A DNA stretch of 64,000 bases. Source: Somniosus microcephalus. Taxonomy: Eukaryota. Shown one piece after another: positions 23,301 through 35,300 of this stretch; within the stretch, counting starts at the first letter, position 1; each line of letters begins with the position of its first letter. The position numbers and the translations under genes were made by a program. The stretch is taken from contig CM126211.1 in the NCBI GenBank assembly GCA_052327205.1, positions 90,334,001 to 90,398,000 of the forward strand, given 5' to 3'. A model generated the notes under the pieces. It was given only the letters and a program-made list of their open reading frames with translations, was not told the DNA's origin and searched no databases.

Positions 23301-26300
23301 GGATACTAATAAATAAGTGTTTAATCCCTCTCTGTTGTTTTCGGTAGAGGCATTAATATGTTTAAAACAAATGGATTAATGTTTAAATAGCAGACAGGTT
23401 TGTTTTGATGATTATGTTTAACATCTGTGTGTTTGTGTCACATGGTGCAATATCAGTATCCAAGTATTTATCCTCTGAAGACTTTTGCTGTTTTGAAAAC
23501 AAATATGCGCATTATCATTTATAAAAATAGATGCCCAAATTCATTATGAAACAATGCAAATCGGAAAATTTGGGATCTCCTTACCCATAATTTCCACAAC
23601 CACTAACATGAATGGTTGGAAAACTGTAGACAGCGAAAGCTCAAATTATATTAGGCAAAGCCAGTGGGTACTTGTACACTCAACGCTGTAGGACCATTGG
23701 AATAAGTAATATTGCAATCCGATAATCACTTTGAAATTCTGGGTTAGAAATGACAGAGAGGTCGGTCCTCAAAGGGTTAATTGGAAAATAATTCAGAAGC
23801 ATTAAAATCAACCCATTTCAATCCAATGGTTTTCGCTTTTGAAAACTGTCCAATCGCAAACACAAGCAATGATATTAATGACCCAATGATTGCCTTGTAG
23901 GCTCCAGTCAGGCAGAATGTACCGTTTTAAGCAGAAGGTCATCCCTTGGTTAGTCGATGTCTACATTCACTGAGTTAATGCCAACTGACAGTTTGGAATA
24001 CAACATAACTAATGAGAAAACACACCACTCTCCAGCACAATAGCTGGTTTTTAAACCATGATGTACATGGAGCTATTTGCTTTGACTACAAACAGTCCTC
24101 CAGTAAACTTAATAAAGTCCCACAGTCAGGTTGTGCCCCACTGATGAACCTTACTGCTTTACAAGAAGAATCTTTACTCGGTAGGAATCTAGAGCAATTT
24201 TCTACTTGTCTGCTTCAATAAAACATGCGTTTGTCATGTGTTTTTAGATCAAAGACAGCAATATAATGTTTGTAAAACACAAACTGTCATTGATATCATG
24301 TAGCTGCCGTTACGTTGTATTTAACAGGATTATGTTTGCATCTATCAGAATTTTGTATTTCATCTTCAGTGGATGAATGAATCAACTCTCACCACATCTC
24401 GGGAACATTTCTTCAAATACTGAGAGCTCCGATTTTTTTGGAAGAACACCTTTAAATGTCTTGGCACTGGGGCAAAGTTACAGCAGTGAGGCAAAAGTTT
24501 TTGATCAAGATGCATGGCTAGCAATTAAGGTTGTGGGATTCAATAATTAAACATGGGGTATTTCCATACATATTGTGACACTAGGGACGGCTGAGTTTGA
24601 CACCTCTTTCATTATCCAAAGCTAGAAACTCTATACGGTGTAGAGCTGTTGTCCTAAATGTATTGCCTATGCTTCAAAACCAACAAAATCCAACATTCAT
24701 GTCAAACTGAACAAAACTAATGATATTGCAAAGATATGAAATGGGGATGGGAGGAAAGCAGAGCATTGCTCCAATTCTCTTTTGCAACCATTTTCTTCAA
24801 GAAGAAATTTATTTGACGTCTCCAGTTTAAGTTTCTTGACAGTTCACATATTGTGCGTACCATCAGGCACATCATTAATAATAATTAATAACATCATCAA
24901 CCAACCACAGGTGAGGGTAATTTTAACCTAAGTCACCTGGTGACAAACTGACGTTATCTGATTGGCCGACCATTTTACATGCCCCCCCCCCAATTTTACT
25001 TACCGTGAATGTGTCAGTTTCCCACCAGGCGATTTATCAATCTCACCATAAGACAGGTCAATGCTGCACTTTCAGTGGGACTCTACATATTTCCTGCAGC
25101 AGTATGTCGGAATGGTCTAAAAGAGAATGTGGCTCAATTTTACCTTCCGGGCGGGTACGTGGAAAAGCAAGCGGCAAGGATCAGCAGCAGGAACGCTCGG
25201 CCGATTTTAACGGCAGGTCCTGATTAACGTGCCGCTTGCCGATTTCCCGAACAGTGCGGACAGGAAGTCAGCGGGAATCAGCTACCCGCCAGTTAAAGTT
25301 GAGGATCAGGAGGCCACCGTCAAGGACCCAGACGAATGGTCCTTGGCACAAGGTAAGTGCTCTGGGAGGGGAATCCCGGTTGGGAGAGGGTGGGAAGCCC
25401 AAGGCAAGGGAGGCTTACGGTTTCCTTGTGAGTCCCAGAGGAACACTTCTGCTCCTTCTAAGCCACAAGGAAAATAACAAAAAAAGTAATAAAACTTACC
25501 TTGCTGAGCATCTTCTGGCCCTGGCTGGCTACCTATATAAGGAGGTACCCGCCAGCTTGGGCTGGGTTCCTTGCCGGCTAAAATTTAAAATTACAGTCAG
25601 CCAGATCTGGGCAGGAATGGAGTGGATAAGTCGCCCAGTTTATTTTAACTGCCTGGTTTCTGCCATGTGTTTGGGGGTGGGGGGGGTGGAGTTAAAGTCA
25701 TCCCCCAATTAGCATGTTTCAGGTCAAAAAATACCACTATCTTACGAATTTCAAATGATTGATTTCTATTACACAATAATTCCAATAAATCTTGTAGATC
25801 TCCAATGGTATCAGACATGAGGGTCTTCAGGTTTTTATTTGTTGCCACATTATATGTCAACCGTTGCTCAGTGGTAGCACTCTCACCCTTGAGTCAGAGG
25901 CTGTGGGTTGGAGTTCCACTCTAGAGACTTGAGCGCGTAATCCAGACTGGCACTCCAATCCAGTACTGAGGGAGTGCTGCAATGTCGGAGGTGCCGTTTT
26001 TGGGATGAGACATTAAACTGACATACTGTCTGCTCTCTCAGGTGGATGTAAAATATCCCATGACACTATTCGAAGAAGAGCAGGGGAGTTCTCCCCAGTG
26101 TCCTGGCCAATACTTATTCCTCAACCAACATCACTAAAAAAACAGATTATCTGATCATTATCTCATTTCGCTTTGTGGGACTTTGCTTGTACAAATTGGC
26201 TGTCGCATTTCCTATATTAAAACAGTGACTACATTTCATTGGCTGTAAAGCACTTTGGGACATCCTGAGGTAGTGAAAGGCGCTATATAAATACAAGCTC

Positions 26301-29300
26301 TTTCTTCCTATATACAATTTTTCATGTACTTGTTTTTCATGTACACTAGTAGTCATTAACCTAACTGATACCACTGAATTTAGAGTGTAGCCAGTTACAT
26401 TAGAATGTACTTACGAGAAGTAATTTTATGCTTCAAATGTTACCCACATTGTTTTCATTATCAGTTCTTCATGAACTTTACATTAGTACAGCAGTTTCTA
26501 CTTAAAGCTTTCTATCCATGCCTAATAAAATTTCCTGTTGCTAATTTCTCATAGGAAATAACTACAGGTCCACACATCATGTAAAGGCCACCCCTTGTCA
26601 CTGTGCTTCCCAGAACTATGGCACTTAAATGTCTTGTATAAGATGACAGCTTCAAGTCTTATTATAAGCTGAGTGTTAAGTGCCTTTTGCTTTAAGCCAA
26701 TGCCAGGATTTTCTTTCATAATTATTGGCATTGTTTTGGACGGTCTGTTTCTGCCAGGATCTATCACCAGACAAAAGGTCTTCACCACAGACTCCAAATT
26801 TTAGGATGGGGTTTAGCTCTCGGGCTTAGTTTTGTTCAGCCACTAGGGTCCATTAATTAAGTCAGACACCATCAGACAACCAATTTACAGACAACACCTC
26901 AAAATGTTACATGTCGTGAACACTGTTATAGCAAGTAATCATCATCCAACTGTAAGCTGAACTAATGAGGTCTACTAAAATAACAACAGAAAATGCTGGA
27001 AAAACTCAGCAGGTCAGGCAACATCCGTGGACAGAAATTTGAGTTGACGTTTTGGGTCGAACCCTTCTTCAAAATGAGGTCTACTTGCTGACCCAAAGCA
27101 TTTGCGCGCTTCCTCATTTCTAGTCCCTAAGTCAGAAATGTGTCCTACTAGAGCAATGAAAGGACTGTAAATTAATGAAGGTGCTGTAACTGGAGATTGA
27201 GCAAGGCTGGGGGAAACTCAAATGGCCAATTTTGCAGCCCTGGTGATTTGTGAACCGAAGACAAGCCAGGACTCAGCTAGTTAAATCCAGATTGTGATAA
27301 GGTTGTTTCATATATAAATTTAGGACTGATTAGAAAACCAGACAACTCACTAGCATGGGAATTTATACAATGCACAACATTCAGCTACAGTAGGAGTGTG
27401 AGAAGCATTGCTTATAGACTATTAATAGACATGCAGTACAAGCAAAATGTTGTGAAGTTTACTCATCTCCAACTCTTCATTGCTCTATTCTAATTAAAGC
27501 TGTATAGTCACACACTTAATATACTATCATGAATGTAGCTGCTCATTAAAAGAAATGTAAGAGGATCTGAACTTTACACCTTGAAATAAAGAAATTTCGA
27601 TATGTAAATTTTAAACACCATCTTACCATTTTTTTTAACTTGCCTGACATTTCAAAATCAAACACATTCTATATCCTCAAATGAACACCTAACTTTTTGA
27701 CTGAGTTCTCATAGTCTTATTTTTTAAATAACTAAATGGACTGTTATGTAGCAGCCGTAAATAAATCCTTCAGATTAAAGGTTGCAGGGATAAGTATAGG
27801 TTGGGATCATATATTACTCCATGGGACAAAATAGTTGTTAGGGTCAAAGAATGAAAGAGCTTACATTTATATAGAGCCTTTCATGCCCTCAGGACATCCC
27901 AACGTGCTTTACAGCCAATTAAATACTTCTGAAGTGTAGTCACTGTTGTAATATATGGAAAGACAGGAGCCAATTTGTGCACAGCAAGGTCCCACAAACA
28001 GCAATCAGATAAATGACCAGATCATCCATTTTAGTAATGTTGGTTGAAGGATAAATGTTGACCAGGACACCAGGGCGAACTCCCCTGCTCTTCCTTGAAT
28101 AGCCCATTGGGACCTTATACCCAAGAGGGCAGGCAGGGCCTTGTTTTAACAACTTATCCAAAAGGTAGCACCTCCAAGAGAGCAGCACTCCCTCATTACT
28201 ACACTGAAGTATCAGCCCATATTATGTGCTCAAGTCTCTGGAGTGCGACTTGAACACAGGACCTTCTGACTCCAAGGCGAGAATGCTACCACTAAGTCAC
28301 AGGGGAGAGGAGGAGAAGGGGCTGTTGGTTGGGAACTGGCAGTCTCTGATTTGTGGAGGGCAGTCGGCCATGGTTGGATAATGAAGATATGCAATGGACA
28401 GATATTCTGGAAAATTGCACCTCCTTATCTCTATACTCACCTCCAGCCCATAACCCCTCCTCCCAGAACTCTCAATTCCTCCGACTCTGGCCTCTTGTGC
28501 TTCTCTCCTCCCTGCACTCTACTATTGGTGACCATGCCTTCAACCATCTGGGCCCATACTCTAACATTCCATCTCAAAGCCCCTCTACCTCGCTCACCTC
28601 CTTTCAGACCCTCCTTAAAATCCACCTCTTTAATCAAGTTTTGCTCACCCCTCCTAATATCTCCTTCTTTGGCTCAGTGTCCATTTTTGTCTAATAACAC
28701 TTATGTAAAGCTTCTTGCGATGTTTTTCTATGTTAAAGGTGCTATATAAGTGCAAGTTATTGTTGCTGTATTATTTAATTAATGAGCATCATAAAGTTTC
28801 TATGCAGCGTTTTCCCTCAGGGAGATCAAATGGGTCGGGTAGAGTCAATGATAATGTAGATAATGCATATTTAATGGAAGGAAATGTCTGGATTGACTTT
28901 TTGTTCCCTGCTTTCTAATATTCTTAGCATTTGGGGTTCAAATGTCATCTTCAAGTTGATCCTCTGACAAGACCTCATAGAAGGATCTGAGGAACACTTG
29001 TCAATTACTTTCCAAGGTGAGAAATGCATTGCTTTTGACTTGCTTTACAAATTGTAGCATTGTTTTAGCATATGGCTTAGCTTATTTATAAAGTTATCGT
29101 GTGTTGAAATAGTTAACCCCAGTGACCCCAAACCTTAAAGCACTAGAATGAAGCATTTTTAAAAACAGAAAGAGAAGCTCATACAGTCAATTGACATTAG
29201 GACTTATTTCATTCATGTATTGTTATATACATATTCCATGTTTTTTTACAGTAAGTTGCTTTTTGGTTACAGATTTCTTGTGTCAGAATGTTAATTCTCT

Positions 29301-32300
29301 TTGTACTCAGTCTCCGTTCACATTTTTTTTAATTGCCAAGACCTAAGGCAATAATTAGACTTTTCCTTTACAATTAGTAACTGAATTGCAGACAGAAGAA
29401 AATTCTGTTCACATTTAAAGGAGGATTGAAATTTAACATGCAGCATTTTCCAGGCGAGACTTCCGTTTACACCTTAAGTGATTAACGTGAGGAATAAGCT
29501 GCCATCCATCTTGGCTCTCTGTGCCTGTTTTATTCCCTTAGCACATTTGGGTACAAGGAAATGACCCTTTTTATTTTCCAAGTTTATATAAACGAAGAGA
29601 GCTGTTAACTCAATGTGGATTGCAGAAGGAAAATACCATCTGATCCTACAAATGAGCTGCATGTACACAATGATTTACAACAATACTGCAAGAGCGGGAA
29701 TTGACGGAGACAGAAGGGTTCAAATAAATGGGGTCGGATACAAAACTGAGAACATACTAAAAACAAATATATCAGAAACCTCAAAGACTCCTTATTTAGT
29801 TGAAACAATACCTCTGAAGAAGAGCAGGTGAGTTTTCCTCAGAGTCCTGGCCAATATTTATCTCTCAACCAACACCACTAAAAAACAGATTTGCTAGTCA
29901 TTTATTTCATTGATGTTTGTGAGGCCTTGTTGTGTGCAAATTGGCTGCCACATTTCCTACATTACAACAGTAACTACACTTCAAAGGAACTTCATTGGCT
30001 GTAAAGCACTTTGGCATGTCCCAAGGTCAGGAAAGGTGCTATATGAATGCAAGTTCTTTCAAGACTTTCTTTTTGACTTTTTAAGTGCTTGTAATTAATT
30101 CAAAGCTGGTAAGGCAAGTCAAGATACAAAAATTGTTAATACTTACAAATAATGAAATAGTCGTTATCTTTTTTGAATTCTAGTCCCCAGAGGTTAGGGC
30201 TGAATTCCTGAAACTTGATAGTAAACTTGACATCTTGATCTGGCTTGTTGCAATTGAGTAATGGTGTGGGGCTAGGCACAGCATTGCAGCTGTCAGCTTG
30301 GTCTTTCGACACCATGTACAGCTTAAAGTACTCATACTGTCCAGTAATCTTGGAGTCCACCTTGGGACAGATAATGTCCAGTTTGTCTCCTATCTGCGGG
30401 TACATCACCAGTCCTTTACTTGGTAGGAACCTGAAAATAAAAACACAAGAGAGGAACACATAAATAAATGTGTTGTTGCTTGCCAAAGAACACAAAGAAA
30501 TATTCTGTTTCACAAGTTTCTTTTTTCCAGGTTTTTGCAGGAAGCTGGAACTTGATAAGTGACTGGCTGCAATAACAAAGTACATGAGGATGGGTTATTA
30601 AATGAAAGCAAAGGAAAAAATATTCCATTCAGCTCTATTTGTCGGACAGTCTCCCTTTTAATCCTGCCCGTCCCACTGCCCCACTCCAAAAAGTTAACTA
30701 TCAAAAGACTAACAAATGACTTCTATTCCTATATTTTAAGCTTGCTTGTCACATTATTAACTGTATTATAAACAAGAGAATATTGCTGTTTGTTGAACAA
30801 TTCAAAATAAAATTTGAAAAGTAATTTTTATTTTTCTTGTGATGTTCAGCATTATAATTTTACAGGCTGCCATGGCACAGAAGTAAGGAGATGAAAACAG
30901 ATCCTTGCACCACACAAGACAAGCGTTAATGTACATTTTTGGCCAGATATCTTAGGTTAGAATAGAATTTGAAAGCACTTTTTGCAACAGTTCCATTCCA
31001 TAAAAAGGTTCCACCCAAAAGGACTTTATAAATTGCAATAAAGGGCTTGTTGTTGCACAATTTGTTTTATTCGTGAAAGTGCATCCTGGTATATAGGCTG
31101 ACTTGTCTTGGGGATATATGCTCATAAGTTGCACTTGGTGCACTCATATCTGTACACTGTCACTAATCCTTGCCTTTAGATGTGTTTGCTCCAGTTAATA
31201 CTTGGAAGCAGCTCCTTAAACTTGCAGCTGCTGATTCAATATCCCCAAGGCCCAGGGCAAAGTGCCTTTGCCCCATGAAGCTGATTCACTTTTACACAGA
31301 ATCTAACCACAGCTGCACAAGACCAAAACTACAGAGCTTGCCAAACATTGCAACACGAAGCAGCATTTTACCCATTATGCAGCACGTGTGTCAGTTAGTC
31401 GATCTCTCCTGTAAGTTTATTTGCATACTAAGGATTCTGAGTGACACCTCAAGGGATTCATCTCCTCCAGTTTAATTGTATTCTGCTTTATAGAATGGAA
31501 CTCAACAGGAGTGAATAGCATTGAGATTCACCACATGATGTAAGGTGGGTTAAGTGTTTGTTGTTTTCCATACCATTTATCTTACGCAATGTTTGGTGAC
31601 ACTGTGTGGGAACTTGCGGTTTTCAAGATGACCTGATCGTGTCATCCTTCTGTGCATGCACCAGGCCACCAGATGACATCACAACTGTGTGTTGTCTAAA
31701 CTCAGGAGTGTCCCTATCTCTGTAACTTCCTCCAGCCCTACAATACTCCGAGATCCCTGCACTCCTCCAATTCTGGCCTCTTGCGCATCCCCGATTTCCA
31801 TCGCCTCACAATTGGCGACCGTGCTTTCAGCTGCCCAGGCCCCAAGTTCTGGAATTCCCTCCCTAAATCTATCTGCCTCTCTACCTCACTCTCCTCCTTT
31901 AAGGTACTCCTTAAAACCTATCTCTTTAACCAATCTTTCCTAATATCTCTTTATGTGGCTCAGTGTCAAAATTTGTCTGATAATGCTCCTATAAAGCGCC
32001 ATGGGATGTTTTGCTACATTAAAGGTTCTATATAAATGCAAGTTGTTGTTAGGACCGTGCATTGTCTCAACTCAGGAATGTAAAGAGCTTGTCTACAGCC
32101 TGACTGCCACTCAATTACACATTCTAGGCAGAATCCCCCCACCCCCCGATCAGCCATAATCTTATTGAATGGCGAAGCAGGCTTGAGGGACCAAGTGGCC
32201 TATTCCTGCTACTATTTCTTATGTTCTTATAATGCTGGATGAGTGTTTTCCAATTACATCGCCCACTACCCTGTGTTGTCTGTACAGCTGTATACTAGTC

Positions 32301-35300
32301 AAAACATGATTGCCAGCAAATACAGCCTTATCTTAATGTAAGTTACTTTGAGAAGCACAAGCCATGGGGACATGCTTTCTGTCCATGTAAAACCTATTTG
32401 TCTATCATTGGCATATTGTTTCGGAATCTAACCATTTAAAATCCTAAAAAACTATAGATGTTCCATGCTGGTCTGCGTTAATCACTAAAAAATATGCAAT
32501 GATGTTTACATCATTGATATACTTCAGTTTAACCTATCCCATTCTATTTTTGTTTTAGGCTGCTGGTTAAGGCTGCAATAACCACGCATTGCAATAAAAA
32601 CTCGCAAATAGCAATGGGCTGAATTTTAATGGGGAAGGTGGGTTGGGGGGTGGGGGGGGAGGGGCTCCGAGACAGTCGTGAACCCGGAAGAACGGGTTTC
32701 CAGCAGGACCTGTCGAATTTAAGGGCAGGGCCTTATTTGATAGGTAAGCCTTTGTTTCCTACCCGCAGCCAACCAGATTGAGAGGCTGGCTGGCTCCGAA
32801 AGGATAGGCCTGCGGCACTAGGCTGCACGGAAGAGGGAGGGAGGGATTGCGTGGGGGCCGAGTGGCAGCCGCAGCAGCAGCGGGGGGGGGGGGGGGGGGG
32901 ATTAAAGGAGGATCGGAGCAAGGGGCAGCTGCAGCAGAGGTGGGGGGTCCGAGGAGGATTGGGGGCGCAGGGCAGCTGCAGCAGCAGCAGCAGAGTGGGG
33001 GTCTGAAGGGATCGTGGGCTCGGAGCAGTTTGGGAAGGGCCAGAGGAGCGGTGGGGGTGGGGTTGGGCCTGGGGGGATTGGAGGTCTCGGGGGAACATTT
33101 GGAGATCTGGGGGGAAAATCAGAGGCCGGAGTGGGATGTGGGAGGGGGGGGGAAATCGAAGGTCTGGGGGGTGATCGGAGGTCTCGTGGAGGGTCTCCGA
33201 TCATGAGGGGTGGGTTAGATAGTGAGCCTGGATCCTGGAGGTAAGTGTAAAGGCACTTACCTCCTGGATCCAGCAGTTCTCACCTTACTTTAGCTGGCGG
33301 GTTTCACGAGACATGCAAAACCCAACCAACTAAAGTTACATTCAAAATGGAGGTTAAAGCAGAGGTTTCCACCCTCACTATAAAATCTAAATAGACAACC
33401 CGCCTCCTGGCAGCGGATTGGTCGCCCGCCCTGCCTCTATTAAAACCGCAAGTGGGCAGGTTGAAGGCGGGTTCAGGTCGGGATTCAGATTTTTAACACT
33501 TTAACTACCCACACGCCCCCAACCCACCTGTTTTTTTTAGGTTAAAACTCCCTCCAATGTCTTTGTTCATGAAATTATCAAAGGGAGCAACTTTATTTTA
33601 GGGATTCTTTTATCACTTTGGAACTAAAGTGGAATCATTTTAAGATATTATGATCAAACAAATGTGAACAAAGTCATTACCATAACTGGAGTGTAACAGT
33701 TCTGCAAGGTAAAATCCTGCTTAGAATCAACATATTCAAGACTAATTTGATTTAAGCGAAAAAGAGGTGTCCCTGAATTGATAAAAGGATTAAACTATAC
33801 CAGTGCACTGAGAAACATGCTGAATCACAGTAATTTCATATCACATGGGAGGCACTTATTGCCAAGTACATGGGAGGATTCCTTATATCATTAATGTTAT
33901 GCTCTATAATTTTTAATTAGTATTATAGCCTGATATAATCTTACACTGAGTTCTTTTTTAAATGAAGGAATTAATCTGCTCTGCTCCAAGTCAGCTTCTG
34001 ATATTATGATATCATGTGGTCAGGGACTGATCAATGTGCGAGACATAAAAAAATATGGCTGTGTAACAGCACAATCTATATTAAAGTACCTACCCCACCT
34101 TGATCAGAAATATGGAGACTAGGGGAAGGCAGTGTCACATTCATCTATACAAACCGTTAGCTCTTGGAAAAATCAGTGGTCTCACATAGATTACATTACT
34201 CTTATCCATTGTTATAATTGGTTTACGGTTACATCATTTTGTACAATTAAATCAAACTGCCTGCTCACCATCCCAATGCACAATCGTGTGTTGATTAAAT
34301 CTCTAACAATCCAATTGTTTCAATAACGTTTACTGAAGATTGTTAATTCTCATAATTACATGCAAAATAAAAATTGTTACTGATAGCATCATGAGAGATT
34401 AACACCCACTTGTAAGCATCACTGTACTATAGAAGATAGAACCCTCCATTGCCCAATCAACATTATTTTATTACCAGAACTAACCCATTTAAATTAAATG
34501 GATTAACACCAGTTATCAAAATAATGCCAATCAGAAAATCTGGGTTTGCACCCCCTATCCACCTTCACTGCCATAATCATTGCTCAAAGAAACTCACAAG
34601 CAAAAAGGATTCTGGGAAGTGACAGCATAAGAAGGCAGAACAAGAAAGTACCAATCAGCCCATCTAGTTCATAATGATCTAATCTGCCATTCAAAGCAGT
34701 AATCTAATCAGGGGTGGTGGGGGTGTGGGGGCGTGGTTAAGGTCCAGAAAACATTTACAGACTGCTCTCGAATACAGTGGTGGACAAAATATGGCCCGCC
34801 AAGTCATTCTATCTGGCCTGCTGGATGGGACAGAGATAGAACGTGAGCCAGAACTTGAGCTGCGCATTAGTCTATCCACTTTCACTTCTCGTGGTTCAGA
34901 GACCGATCCGAACTGCAGCCAAGGAACACAAAGTATGTAATACTTAATTCAAGTTATCAATCCGCAAAAGCGATTCTCCCCGGCCCGATTTTAAAAGGAT
35001 CCGTTCCGCAAATCTGGGCCCCAAGGGCAGATTTCTGTACCCAGAATGCACTGCACACTCGAATATGCCCTATCCATTTTAGAGTGGCGTCATGGCTGCT
35101 CATCTCCATGACTCTTTTACCCCGATTTCCCCCCTAACATTCCTCACCTTGAGCAGTATAATATAAACAGTGACTATTATAAAGGTTGGTGGAGGGTTAA
35201 AATTTTATACTGATATACCTGTAACACTGGCACAGTGGGCTCCGGTACTAGTTGAACAATGCCACCCAACTTGTGCCAAAACGGCTATGCCTGCCAAAGG

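Noticed and set aside
30431-30585. N-terminal extension of the exon 2 ORF in the track
   Set aside because: It is intronic read-through upstream of the true acceptor at 30431; the real N-terminus is exon 1 at 55058.
32882-32900. Long poly-G run / G-quadruplex potential
   Set aside because: It is part of the MITE's low-complexity interior, and homopolymer length is unreliable in assemblies.
34700-35135. Possible additional MITE (right end CCGATTTCCCCCC-TAA); similar single ends near 13985, 40880 and 41630
   Set aside because: I could not identify matching second TIRs or TSDs.
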